This document shows, in pieces, positions 10,660 to 20,459 of a DNA stretch of 64,000 nt. The notes beneath the pieces are model-generated. The model was given only the letters and a program-made list of their open reading frames with translations, did no database searches and had not been told where the DNA came from. Both the position numbers and the translations under genes were made by a program. The DNA comes from Nitrospirota bacterium (GTDB lineage: Bacteria > Nitrospirota > UBA9217), in assembly GCA_963845065.1 (NCBI GenBank), contig CAWJQQ010000009.1:160001-224000 (forward strand). Reading direction: 5' to 3'. Every line of letters begins with the position of its first letter. Position 1 is the first letter of the stretch.

Positions 10660-11121
10660 TTACATCACCAATGAGTCCGTTCGGACGGCTACGAAAACGC
10701 CTTCCATCTGCCCCGCGATTTTATGACCGTATTCCAAAACGGAAACAACCACGATTCTAGCCATCTTTTTCCGTTTCAGGATCGTAAGAAAACGCTGCCA
10801 TGTTTCTGCATCCGGTGCATTGCAACGCGCGGTAAAGACTCCAGCAATGGGCTTATCGTAGCTCATTGTATTTTTTTGGATTACCACGCGACATTGAAGT
10901 CCCGCACATTGTAGCCCGAAATGTACCACTGACCATGCCGCAAGGATTGCGAGCGATGATGCGCTACCACCGAACACGGTTTCGCGGTGGTTTATATTCG
11001 GCTCAAGTGGTGCGGAGAGCACTACGCCTGACAAATCTACTTTCAGAACAGTTGCGCCCATCGCTTTGGACAAAGGAATATGTTCATGCAGATAATCCTG
11101 AATCCTTTGCAAGGTATGCAT
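10660..11121 (-). CDS. YiiD C-terminal-like thioesterase (hotdog fold)
   Basis: IPLS.AMG, APLEPNINHRETVFGGS and Y.KPI motifs. Confidence 0.85.
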   Translation of the reverse strand: MHTLQRIQDYLHEHIPLSKAMGATVLKVDLSGVVLSAPLEPNINHRETVFGGSASSLAILAAWSVVHFGLQCAGLQCRVVIQKNTMSYDKPIAGVFTARCNAPDAETWQRFLTILKRKKMARIVVVSVLEYGHKIAGQMEGVFVAVRTDSLVM

Positions 11122-11259
11122 AGTTTCGTTAGTCTCGCCTTTCAATACCGAACCTCTCTGGAATCGTTTTGAAATCTCTGAAAATTACAAAATATGCATC
11201 AATGATTCGTTCCTGCGGTGCACAGTTTTTGGTGACTCCCTTGACTTGTTTGCACGTCT

Positions 11260-11721
11260 TTACTCTCTCCCCCCTGGCTTTGGCCGCCATTGTTTGTTAG
11301 CCGTCCATCTTTCCGTTGCCGTTTCGATGCGGTCGAACCTTGGTATGTATGGCTTTATGTCAAGCAATGGGGTCATGTTTAATACATCAATACCTTCCAC
11401 TATCAGAATATTATTTGATCTCTTCTTTAATCGTACAATAGACATCCCAATACCATTTGGCCTACATGGATGCCTCGTCGCAAATATTCCATGCGATTCG
11501 TCATCTAAAAAAGTTGCTCTAACTAATTCTATTTTTCCTGCTTTATCAAAATGGTAAAGCAGATATATGTGAGAAAAGGTCTCTATATCTTTTAATCCTG
11601 CCGCGTATTTTTCAACTACCTCCACACGGCCTATCGTATCTGACGCGTATAAGGGTTGGATAGGACATTTATCCTTCGTCTCATAAGGTGTGTAAATGAT
11701 ACCAATCGTTTCCATGATCAT
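11260..11721 (-). CDS. trmO: tRNA (t6A37-N6)-methyltransferase TrmO/TsaA (YaeB) family
   Basis: GIFATRHPCRPNGIGMS and GIDVLN.TPLLDIKPY motifs. Confidence 0.85.
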   Translation of the reverse strand: MIMETIGIIYTPYETKDKCPIQPLYASDTIGRVEVVEKYAAGLKDIETFSHIYLLYHFDKAGKIELVRATFLDDESHGIFATRHPCRPNGIGMSIVRLKKRSNNILIVEGIDVLNMTPLLDIKPYIPRFDRIETATERWTANKQWRPKPGGRE

Positions 11722-11879
11722 TTCTCCATTTTCAGCGTGCTAATGCTTCAGCTGCCACTTAGCTGAAGTTCTGTTGCTCAATAAAAAGTATAATGGAATT
11801 ATTCAGCAAGATAAAGAAGAAAAGAATAGTACGTTACAGTATGCAGATTTCAGAGAGAAGTAAGGACTAAAGATTTGAA

Positions 11880-11985
11880 CTGATAATCTTCATCTCTCGC
11901 GATTCATGGTGTCCTTCGGCTACAAGTGTGTACATCTTATTATTTGCAACAAGCAACAAATTCGGTTTGTAAATAGCACATGAAC
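11880..11985. repeat. Dispersed non-coding repeat family, copy D
   Basis: AATCTTCAT at 11885, CTACAAGTGTGTA at 11920, CACATGAAC at 11977-11985; very similar to 21470-21534. Confidence 0.75.
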
Positions 11986-12031
11986 TATGAGTTGAGAGGG
12001 CATATCCTTAATCCTCACTCTTTGCCTCTTG

Positions 12032-14539
12032 TTATTTCCGATCAAGCATTTCTCTGACCTTGCTCAATAGCTCCGAGGGCTTTACCGGTTTCGACAGAAA
12101 CTCCGTACCGGTCGGCAGGCCGTCCTGTGCGAATACTTCTCCCGAGTAGCCGCTCGTGAAAATGCATCGGATATTCGGGCTGAGAGCGATGATCTCCTGA
12201 TACGCTTCCAAGCCGTTCATCTTTGGCATGATGCCGTCAAGAATCACGAGCTTGATCGCGGCGCGGTTCTCGCTGAACCGAACGACCGCCATGTTTCCAT
12301 CCTCAGCCTCGATCACGGTGTAGCCCATGTCCCGGAGAACGACCGACGTCAAATTGCGGAGACTCGCGTCGTCCTCAGTAAGCAGGATTGTTTCACTGCC
12401 ACCTTTGAGGGGGACTCGATTTTGCCCCGCAGGTTCAGGTAAGGCATTCGTCGTTTTGGACAAGGGGAAATAAATGTGAAAGATGCTCCCTTTCCCCGGC
12501 GCGGAGTACACATTGATGAAACCATCATGCGCTTTCACAATTCCATACACCGTGGCCAGTCCGAGACCAGTCCCTTTCCCAACTTCCTTGGTCGTGAAGA
12601 ACGGCTCGAAAATCCTCTTTTTAGTCTCTTCGTTCATTCCGACGCCGGTGTCCGATACCAACAGCACGGCATAGTCTTCTGCCTTGCCGCAGCCGTGCGA
12701 CCGTATGAACGCCTCATCTATGGTACTGACCTTGGTATCGATTGTCAGTTTCCCCCGGCCCGGGATGGCATCACACGAGTTCGTAACGAGATTCATGATC
12801 ACCTGCTCAACTTGGCCCCGGTCTGCCATAATCACGGGCTGCTCGACCGAGTACTGGATTGTCATTTCGATGTCCTCTCGCAGCAGACGGTGCAGAAATT
12901 TCTCGAAATTCCTGATCAGCGCGTTAAAATCGTGAAGCTCTTTATTCGTTGGCTGCTTTCTGCTGAAGGCGAGCAGGCTCTGCGTCAAAGCGGCTGCGCG
13001 CTCAGAAGACTGCAGAATCTGGTCGATATAGAGCTTCACCGGATCGTCGTCCCGCAGTTTCATAAGGGAAAGGTGGCCATAGCCGATGATCGCGGACAGG
13101 ATATTATTGAAATCGTGCGCTACACCGCCGGCAAGCTGGCCTATCGCCTCCATCTTGTTCGCCTGGAGGAGCTGGTTTTCGAGTTTGCGGCGTTCTGTAA
13201 TGTCACGTGCAAAACCGCAGGCATATTCCTTGCCGTCGAAACGGACGTATGTAGTGACGATCTCAACGGGAAACTCGCTGCCGTCTTTGCGGCGGTGTAC
13301 GGATTCGGAGGAAAAGGACCCACCCTGACGAAGCCCCGCCCACACCTCTTTCATGCCTTCGGCGCTTGCCATCGGGTTGACCTCGTAGAGCGTCTTCCCG
13401 ATCAGATCTTCACGTTTATACCCGAGGGCTTTGCAGCCGGCATCGTTGACGTAAACAAACTTGATGTCGCTGTCCAACCAATATGCGCCATCGTAATGCA
13501 CATCAATTGAATGTTTCAGCAGCCTAACCTCTTCTTCCGCCCGCTTGCGATCGGTGATGTCCTCCACCATCTCAATCGCCGCTAGTATGGATCCATCCGC
13601 TGACAGTAGAGGTGTCGATACGACCTCGTAGTGCCGTAATCCGTTTTCCGTCGGTGTTGCTGTTATGGCCCTGTGGACCCGCCCGTCCTTCAGGGTCTGC
13701 ACGGTTGGACAATAGCTGCAAACACTATCCCTCGGTGGGGTGTTGAAGCTCCTGTAGCAAATGTGATGCTGATTGCAGTCGATGTGAGGAAACCACTTCT
13801 GCATCTGCGGATTGATCGAAATGATCTCCATATCCATCCCGATTAATGAAATGCCTACACCGATGTTGTTGTAGATCGAACGGAACCGTTCCTCGCTCTC
13901 CTTCAGTTTGTACTCCTTTTTCAGAAGGTCGGTCTTCACCTTTTCGAAGTAGATCAGCAGCATACCGATTGCCGCCATAACCGCAAAAGACTCGCCGAGC
14001 GAGTACCCCCAAGGTGCAAACCACGTAACTTGCCGCAAAAGGGGATAGTCTCCCTTATGTATGCCCCATATAATAAAGGTCCAGCCAACAAAGTACTTTC
14101 CAAAGCCCTGAAGGTTTTTAGAGCGAAGAAAGGCAATACCAGTCCATATATATATGATCGCCAAGAAGGTAAAGGTTGGAAAGGTTAGCGAAAAAAAGCT
14201 GAAATCTTCCCCAACCGCTATGGGAATCCACAATGCAAGCAGGCACGTGCTCAATAGCCAAACCTTCGACATGCCGCGGCTTAGGAACAATGAAACGCCC
14301 CAAACAAGAAGCAATCCACCGACAAGATTAAATTCGTAATACCCGAGATCAAATGCTATATTTTTGTCAAAAAGGACAGTCAGCATAAGAAAGCAGAACC
14401 TGATGGAATATAGGGCCCAGCTTGCACACCAAATGGCAAGATAGCGGTGGCGGTCCTGTGTGTATAAGTAGAAATAAACCAAAGACAGCATCAAGGTGCC
14501 TGTCAAAGAAGCAACTGTTGCCGGCATCAACCAGTTCAT
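12032..14539 (-). CDS. Hybrid sensor histidine kinase (about 7 TM helices, 2 PAS, HisKA/HATPase, REC)
   Basis: LAGGVAHDFNN H-box, FEPFFTTK.GKGTGLGL, C-terminal receiver domain (EDD, LDGIMP, KP), hydrophobic N-terminal ~200 aa. Confidence 0.92.
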   Translation of the reverse strand: MNWLMPATVASLTGTLMLSLVYFYLYTQDRHRYLAIWCASWALYSIRFCFLMLTVLFDKNIAFDLGYYEFNLVGGLLLVWGVSLFLSRGMSKVWLLSTCLLALWIPIAVGEDFSFFSLTFPTFTFLAIIYIWTGIAFLRSKNLQGFGKYFVGWTFIIWGIHKGDYPLLRQVTWFAPWGYSLGESFAVMAAIGMLLIYFEKVKTDLLKKEYKLKESEERFRSIYNNIGVGISLIGMDMEIISINPQMQKWFPHIDCNQHHICYRSFNTPPRDSVCSYCPTVQTLKDGRVHRAITATPTENGLRHYEVVSTPLLSADGSILAAIEMVEDITDRKRAEEEVRLLKHSIDVHYDGAYWLDSDIKFVYVNDAGCKALGYKREDLIGKTLYEVNPMASAEGMKEVWAGLRQGGSFSSESVHRRKDGSEFPVEIVTTYVRFDGKEYACGFARDITERRKLENQLLQANKMEAIGQLAGGVAHDFNNILSAIIGYGHLSLMKLRDDDPVKLYIDQILQSSERAAALTQSLLAFSRKQPTNKELHDFNALIRNFEKFLHRLLREDIEMTIQYSVEQPVIMADRGQVEQVIMNLVTNSCDAIPGRGKLTIDTKVSTIDEAFIRSHGCGKAEDYAVLLVSDTGVGMNEETKKRIFEPFFTTKEVGKGTGLGLATVYGIVKAHDGFINVYSAPGKGSIFHIYFPLSKTTNALPEPAGQNRVPLKGGSETILLTEDDASLRNLTSVVLRDMGYTVIEAEDGNMAVVRFSENRAAIKLVILDGIMPKMNGLEAYQEIIALSPNIRCIFTSGYSGEVFAQDGLPTGTEFLSKPVKPSELLSKVREMLDRK

Positions 14540-14794
14540 AAGTCATCCTTTTGTGATTGCTTCGTTTCTAGAAGTGCACATTCGTGCTTATGTAATAAAC
14601 TCCTGTACGTTACCGTGTTAATCGCCGCTTGAAGACGTCGATTGACCTCTGTCTATCCTCATCGCAGCATAACATTACAGTGGCTTTTCCGACGGAATAC
14701 ACATTAAAGTATACTGATATTTTCGGGGAAGATAAAGAAGATAATGCGGGTTATCAGGGTATGCAATTACGGGATGTATCTTTATGTGCTAATA

Positions 14795-14850
14795 AAATGG
14801 CAACAACAAGAACTACAGAAAGGAAGCTGCGCCGCAAGTTTCAACAGCAA
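14795..14850. repeat. Dispersed repeat copy E, left half (interrupted by the recombinase/IS91 element)
   Basis: GAAAGGAAGCTGCGCCGCAAGTTTCAACAGCAA aligns with 153-185 and 7966-7984. Confidence 0.65.
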
Positions 14851-14985
14851 TTCAAGTAAGCCGCTCCGCGGCAGAAGAGCAAAGCATCCATCCTGCGTCC
14901 ATCCCACCTTGTCTGATATTTCCTGAATAATCTCCGTGTTACCATACATCTCCAATGCAGTTCAATCTTGTAGCACAAGGAGAGT

Positions 14986-15861
14986 ATGGTCATGGAAAAC
15001 TGGTACGAGAAGTCCAAAGAAGCCCTGCAACTGAGCGGTAAGGGCGACACAACGCAAGAAAGTTACACACGCGCAGTCCGATTACTCATTGAGCATTTCG
15101 GCAACAAAACCCCCGATCTCATCACCGAAGAAGAGCTTCAGGAATACTTCCTCCATTGCAGGAACGTTCGCAAGTGGGCGCCCAAAACCATGGCTGTCTG
15201 CTATGCCGGCATCCGCTTTTTCTTTGAGAACGTCCTGCGCCGTGACTGGCATATCCTGAGCATCATTCGGGCGCAAACTGAACACCGGCTTCCGACTGTG
15301 CTTAGTATCGAAGAGGTACGCGCCACCCTTTCCCGCGTCACGTCTCCTCGCAACCACGCCTTCCTCTCCACAGTCTATTCCTGCGGCCTTCGGCTCCAGG
15401 AAGCGCTACACCTCGAAGTCCCGGACATCGATAAACACCGTATGATGATCCATATCCACCGGGGGAAAGGCGCTAAAGACCGTTATGTTCCGCTTCCCCG
15501 TACGACGTATGCTCTTTTGCGGAAGCATTGGGCCACTCACAAAAACCCCCGATTGATTTTTCCCTCACGGGGCATATACAAAGATGGCTCGGACATTCGG
15601 AAACCGGTTTCATACAGTACGGTGCAGGCGGCGCTTCAGAACGCGGTACGCGCAGCGGGTATTCAGAAACGCAACGTCTCCATCCACACGCTTCGCCACG
15701 CCTATGCTACTCACCTGCTCGAAGCCGGCGTGAATCTGAGCGTCATCCAGCAGTATATGGGCCACTCCAGCCTTGAGACCACGATGATTTACCTACATTT
15801 GACCACCAAGGGTCAGGAAGACGCTTACAAAATCATCGACCAGCTCATGACGGGGTTTTGA
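14986..15861 (+). CDS. Site-specific tyrosine recombinase (integrase) of the IS91-associated type
   Basis: Catalytic set GLRLQE, GKGAKDR, HTLRH, MGH, TMIYLH; N-terminal SAM-like domain; lacks the IntI-specific insertion. Confidence 0.93.
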   Translation: MVMENWYEKSKEALQLSGKGDTTQESYTRAVRLLIEHFGNKTPDLITEEELQEYFLHCRNVRKWAPKTMAVCYAGIRFFFENVLRRDWHILSIIRAQTEHRLPTVLSIEEVRATLSRVTSPRNHAFLSTVYSCGLRLQEALHLEVPDIDKHRMMIHIHRGKGAKDRYVPLPRTTYALLRKHWATHKNPRLIFPSRGIYKDGSDIRKPVSYSTVQAALQNAVRAAGIQKRNVSIHTLRHAYATHLLEAGVNLSVIQQYMGHSSLETTMIYLHLTTKGQEDAYKIIDQLMTGF

Positions 15862-16958
15862 CCATGGACACGATCAATGAGATTTTCCGCACCTATGCCC
15901 CGGAGTACGTGTCACGGTTTGGCGAAGCGATTCCTCTGGAACATCGCAAGGCAATAGACGCAATTATCAACTGCCGCACTCCAGCTTGTGGGACGACCTG
16001 GTTCCGTTGCGAAGACTGCGGGAAAGACCATGCCATCCATCGTTCTTGCGGCAACCGTCACTGCCCGACCTGCCAGTATCATAAGAGCCGACAGTGGCTC
16101 GAAAAACAGATTGATCGGCGGATGCCAGGACATCACTTCATGATCACGTTCACGGTGCCCGAGCAGATTCGTCGGTTCATCAGAGGCAATCAACGAGCAG
16201 CTTATGCTGCCTTGTTTTCTGCTTCTTCAGCGGCTATGAAAAAGCTGGTTCTCGACCCCAAGTTCATGGGCGGCGATCTGCCGGGCTTCTTCGGGGTCCT
16301 GCACACATGGGGCAGAACACTGGAGTTTCACCCCCATGTCCACTATATCGTCGTAGGTGGGGCGTTTTCGTCCGAGGATAAAACATGGAAACCGTCAGGA
16401 ACCGGTTTCTATGTGCCGGTCCAAGCGCTATCTCCCATTTTCCGGGCGAAGTTCAAGGATGAGATGAAAAAAGCAGGCCTTTTTGATCAAATCCCCGAAG
16501 AGGTCTGGCGCATCGACTGGAACGTGAACTCGCAAGCCGTGGGCGACAGCGAAGGGAGTCTCAAGTATCTTGCCCCCTATGTCTTTCGGGTAGCCTTGTC
16601 CAACAGCCGGATCGTGAAAGTCGAGAATCGTCAGATCTTCATTCATTACAAAAAGACCAATAGCAATCGCTGGAGAACGCTGGAACTTGAGGTGATGGAA
16701 TTTATGCGTCGCTTCCTCCAGCACGTTCTACCGACGGGGTTCATGAAGGTGCGATATTACGGCTTCTTAAGCCCGACCTGCAAAGTCCCGCTTGAGAACA
16801 TCAGGACGCTGATTGAGCTGGCTTATGGATTTGAGGTGACGATGTCTGAAGTCGAACAGACGCCCCCAATGCCTCATCCAACATGCGGGTGCTGCGGTGG
16901 CTTTCTCAAAGTGATTTCGATTTCTCCGCCGCCGCAGCACCTGGCACGCGCCGGATAG
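15858..16958 (+). CDS. IS91 family rolling-circle transposase
   Basis: N-terminal Zn-binding domain (CRT..CG, C..C, SCGNRHCP.C), HPHVH HUH motif, YLAPY Y2 motif, FMRRFLQHVLP.GF..VRYYGFL. Confidence 0.93.
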   Translation: MTMDTINEIFRTYAPEYVSRFGEAIPLEHRKAIDAIINCRTPACGTTWFRCEDCGKDHAIHRSCGNRHCPTCQYHKSRQWLEKQIDRRMPGHHFMITFTVPEQIRRFIRGNQRAAYAALFSASSAAMKKLVLDPKFMGGDLPGFFGVLHTWGRTLEFHPHVHYIVVGGAFSSEDKTWKPSGTGFYVPVQALSPIFRAKFKDEMKKAGLFDQIPEEVWRIDWNVNSQAVGDSEGSLKYLAPYVFRVALSNSRIVKVENRQIFIHYKKTNSNRWRTLELEVMEFMRRFLQHVLPTGFMKVRYYGFLSPTCKVPLENIRTLIELAYGFEVTMSEVEQTPPMPHPTCGCCGGFLKVISISPPPQHLARAG

Positions 16959-17229
16959 CATCCGACGATTTTGATTCACCACGTGTTTCTCGTGTAAGAT
17001 CCCGCAGGCATCATCTGCGGGTCAACGCTCCCGTTCGGCCGCGCGAGCGGATCAGGCGATGATTTCTGCGTGTGAGTATAATGGGAATCACGTTTGTTTT
17101 TTTATAATCAGACCGACACGAGCTCTCACTCTCCATAAACTGCCCATTCAGGCTTTAACCAAAAACGACCCCTCGAAGCATTACCCTATATATAGAGACC
17201 ATCGGTCATCATCCTGCCGCTCCGGGCTT

Positions 17230-17283
17230 CTTGAATTATGGATTGAGTACGACGTGAAGATGTCGTCACAATCCTTATTGAGT
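17230..17283 (+). other. attC-like imperfect hairpin at the element's right end
   Basis: CTTGAAT-TATGG-ATTGAG[T]ACGAC ... GTCGTCACAAT-CCTT-ATTGAGT; the cores read AAT/ATT rather than AAC/GTT. Confidence 0.45.
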
Positions 17284-17375
17284 CTACACATCATTTCAAA
17301 TCATGTCGATCTCAACATCAACTACAAGTGTGTAGTTCCCATTAGATGCAACAATCAACAAATTCAACTGGAACT
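17282..17375. repeat. Dispersed repeat copy E, right half
   Basis: CACATCAT at 17287, AACTACAAGTGTGTAGTT (CTAC at 17322), TGCAACAATCAACAAATTC; matches copies C, D and G. Confidence 0.75.
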
Positions 17376-17440
17376 ATGTATGATTCTTCAGCATCAATAC
17401 TTTTCTCGAGACCGTATACAAAGACGGAACCTTGTCATTT

Positions 17441-18082
17441 CTAATCCTCCGCATACCCGATCGTCTGTCCGAAAAGCGGGCGCTGATGCGACTTCAGCTT
17501 GATCTCTTTCGCGAATGCAGCCTTGGCGCAATTGTGAAACCACGAAGCCAGCCCGAGCGAAGCTGATGCCAGATACACGTTCTGAGCGATGAGACCGGTG
17601 TCGACGAAGTAGTATGACTTCTGAATCTCCGGATCATGGAGTCCCGGTTCGTCGAACCCTGCTTTTTTGAATCTGTCGATATCGACGACGTAAACGAAGC
17701 GAACGGGAGCGTTTGCCCCGGCCATTTGCTGCCCGGGCCCAATCGCCAGGGCGCGGCTGTCCCCGGAGGCAACCGGAGACAGCCGGTGAGGCTCAGGTTC
17801 ATACAGATACGTCCCTTCCTCCATGGCGACATAGATGCTGATCTCCTGTGAATTGCTGGCCGAGCCCGCGGTCCTTCCCGGTCCGCCGAAAGGTCCTGTG
17901 AGGCGGTTGACGCCCTGTGCCACCCAGAGGATGTCAGAAAGAATCTGCAGGAAGATCTTCTTGCCGCTGATGGAGCGGGAAGTCCTTCTGGCCTTCAGTG
18001 CTTCAAAGACCGTCAGGCAGCGGTCAAAGATCGGTTCGGGAAGTGCAATGGGCTGAAGATCTCTGCTCGGGCTCTTGTTCAT
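17441..18082 (-). CDS. Nitroreductase family (SagB/ThcOx-like) protein
   Basis: ALKARRTSR, RTAGSASNSQE and DTGLIAQNVYL.SASLGL motifs. Confidence 0.85.
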   Translation of the reverse strand: MNKSPSRDLQPIALPEPIFDRCLTVFEALKARRTSRSISGKKIFLQILSDILWVAQGVNRLTGPFGGPGRTAGSASNSQEISIYVAMEEGTYLYEPEPHRLSPVASGDSRALAIGPGQQMAGANAPVRFVYVVDIDRFKKAGFDEPGLHDPEIQKSYYFVDTGLIAQNVYLASASLGLASWFHNCAKAAFAKEIKLKSHQRPLFGQTIGYAED

Positions 18083-18105
18083 GACATTCCTCCGGGTCTA
18101 CGCGT

Positions 18106-18858
18106 TCACCAGGAAGGCTTCAACAGACGGCCCTCCGATGCGCCGCGAGGTTCGGAAAGTATTTTCGCTCCGTCTCCATGGAATATCATCTCAACATCGT
18201 TTTCCAGTCCGCTGATGACGGTCGGGATGTATTCCGAGAGACTGACCCCTCTGTACTTGAGATTGGCTGCGTCACGTCCTTCCTTGTTCAAACCGGTGTC
18301 GACCATGGTCGGAACGATTTCAATGACCCTGACTGATGTGTCCCTGAGCTGCTGCCGCAGCACGAGGGTGTAGGCGTGAATCGCGGCCTTTGTCGCGCTG
18401 TAGATAGGCATATTGACCATCGGCATGAAGCCGAGCCCTGAACTCACATTGATGATTGCGGCAGACGGTCTTTTCATCAGGTGACCTATGAAGAGGGCCG
18501 TCAGCTCAACCGCGGAAACGAAATTGATCGCGATCTCATCTTCTCCTGACTTGAGTTCGTCATAACCTTTTTTCAGATCGACATATCTCTGGATGCCCGC
18601 GTTATTGACCAGGATGTCGAGGTCGGGGAAACGGCGCATGACTTCCGTTGCGAGATTCTTCCTTTGCAGGCCATCCCCGACGTCACAGGCCAAAGCCGTG
18701 ATCTCCAGGGACTTTTCTTCCACGGCTGCCAGCCGTTTTTTGTCGCGTCCGCAGACGATGACCTTGCTTCCGCGTCCGTGAAACGCCTCGGCAATGCCGA
18801 GACCAATGCCGCTGGTGCCTCCTGTTATGAGAACGGTTCTGCCTGATAGTTTCATCAT
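18106..18858 (-). CDS. SDR family oxidoreductase (DltE-like)
   Basis: ITGGTSGIG, NNAGIQ and YSATK motifs. Confidence 0.9.
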   Translation of the reverse strand: MMKLSGRTVLITGGTSGIGLGIAEAFHGRGSKVIVCGRDKKRLAAVEEKSLEITALACDVGDGLQRKNLATEVMRRFPDLDILVNNAGIQRYVDLKKGYDELKSGEDEIAINFVSAVELTALFIGHLMKRPSAAIINVSSGLGFMPMVNMPIYSATKAAIHAYTLVLRQQLRDTSVRVIEIVPTMVDTGLNKEGRDAANLKYRGVSLSEYIPTVISGLENDVEMIFHGDGAKILSEPRGASEGRLLKPSW

Positions 18859-18909
18859 AGCTCCTGATCAAGGGCAAGAGGGCTGATAAGGTCCTTAGCC
18901 GATTCTCTT

Positions 18910-19425
18910 TTAAACCAGCGGTAACAGGCTGCTAAAGTCATTATCAATCCCCATCATCTCTAAATAAAGAGAGATCATTCCCCGATGATGGGTTTGGTGA
19001 TTAAATATATGCAGAATTGAACCGCCGACATTTTTGCTGACCGTTTCTCCTTTTATATTAGCAAATGATATTGTCTTTTCCAGATCGTTTTCCGTAAGCT
19101 CATCCATAAGCATGATCAGTTTTTTATCTATTTCTTCCCTTTTAGAAATGTAGTCAACAACTGCATCGAAAGGCTGAGAACCATAGGTTAAGTTTTGATC
19201 GAAAAGGGGACCTTTAAAATATTGAAAATTCTTGAATTGGCCGAACCTTTTGAGCCAATTGAAATCACTGATATAAATATGGCCGCACAAGTGATTCATT
19301 GTCTTAAAGTATCCCGCAAACTCCCGGTTCCACTGTATGTCACTCAACGTGCGAATTTTGTCGTCCATTTTTTGATTTGCAACGAGATTGTACTGTGCCA
19401 ACAACTTGCATGTCTTGATATCCAT
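18910..19425 (-). CDS. DinB family protein
   Basis: YN..AN, H...D..W..R and HIFNHQTHHRG motifs. Confidence 0.9.
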   Translation of the reverse strand: MDIKTCKLLAQYNLVANQKMDDKIRTLSDIQWNREFAGYFKTMNHLCGHIYISDFNWLKRFGQFKNFQYFKGPLFDQNLTYGSQPFDAVVDYISKREEIDKKLIMLMDELTENDLEKTISFANIKGETVSKNVGGSILHIFNHQTHHRGMISLYLEMMGIDNDFSSLLPLV

Positions 19426-19748
19426 ATAACCTCCTGATCCGGCATAGGGGGATAGGTACGGCTCTAATCCTTCTTGAATCCTACTGCTATATAGTCGCCG
19501 ATTAAAAATCGTGAACCCGCTGCTATATAGTTTAGCAGAAAAAGATGCTATGTCTGAACTGATGTAGGGTGGGATCTCAGCATTATTGGGAAATTAACTC
19601 AGATTTTTCGGCCCAGAAAATAGACAATGGAATCTCCCGCGACGCAGAAAAGGCCGCCCGCCTGCAAGGCGAGGCCCGATCCCACTCGTTGACCGATGAC
19701 TCCCATCCAAAAGCTTCCAATAGGCATGCTCCCGCCGAAGACCAGTGC

Positions 19749-20100
19749 CTAGATGTCCATCAGCCTTCCGCGCAGATGATCAGGAGATTGGGTTTGAATG
19801 ATGCTGTTACCGATGGAGAAAAAAATGATGATGCCGAACCCGGCGAAGAAACGAAGAAAGGCCGCTCCGACCGGTTGATGCATGAAACCGAAAAGAATGG
19901 TGAATGCTCCATACATACCCGCGCCGGTATAATGCGTTTTAGTGCGGACGATGCGAGCTCCTTGGGAAGCGAAGAATAAAGCGGCGATGCAGGCGCCTAG
20001 GCCGTTCAGGATCAAAAGCCAGCCATAGCCCTGGGCGTCCATATGCAATTGAGTAACCGCGAAGGCGGATAGTTGTGATTGGTAGGCCCAGCCTCCCAGT
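19749..20100 (-). pseudogene. MFS transporter internal fragment
   Basis: YGWLL..NGLGA and SIIQT.SPDHLRGRLM motifs; lacks the N-terminal half; its 5' side abuts repeat copy F. Confidence 0.7.
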
Positions 20101-20109
20101 CCCATGATG

Positions 20110-20170
20110 GTTTCATCTACAAGTCTGTACAGAGACCGATAAAAAGGAGATGTAGACTACCGCTCGAATT
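20110..20170. repeat. Dispersed repeat copy F (left-truncated)
   Basis: TTCATCTACAAGTCTGTA...GACCGATAAAAAGGAGATG matches 38793-38830 and 8025-8062. Confidence 0.65.
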
Positions 20171-20459
20171 CTATAATTTAATAAAGATGAAACCCAGCAT
20201 ACTTTTAGACGCTCTCATAATTGAAATATTTTATTCTAATCGACATCTGCAAAACTGCATTATTAATGCAAATATCGGACAGTTCGTTTTTATTGCATAC
20301 TATCGAAGTAATAAGGACGGCTCTAGATCTCCGAACCAATTGAAACGAGATATAATAGAATAAATTAATCTGATGAGATTAGATGAGGTGATCCTTCTTG
20401 TTTCCGAGTTCAGAGAAACAGACAGGGTAAAAAGTGTTGCGAAAAGGAGGTCAGATACC

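Larger units (their letters stand above)
14851..17281 (+). mobile_element. IS91-like element with tyrosine recombinase + Y2 HUH transposase
   Basis: Adjacent two-gene unit. Boundaries inferred (+/- ~4 bp) because the flanks rejoin into an intact repeat copy. ATTCAAG at 14850 and CTTGAAT at 17230 are complementary. Confidence 0.8.

Noticed and set aside
12476..13510. 344-aa plus-strand ORF and similar long overlapping ORFs (e.g. 26249-27001, 30341-31141, 59424-60029)
   Set aside because: Antisense shadows of well-supported GC-rich genes, with no recognisable motifs.
14986..15861. Integron integrase IntI
   Set aside because: 291 aa, lacks the IntI-specific insertion before the FP motif, and is paired with an IS91 transposase.
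17320..17337. AACTACAAGTGTGTAGTT resembles a Cas12a repeat stem
   Set aside because: Copies are kilobases apart and degenerate, with no repeat-spacer periodicity and no cas12; treated as part of the dispersed repeat.
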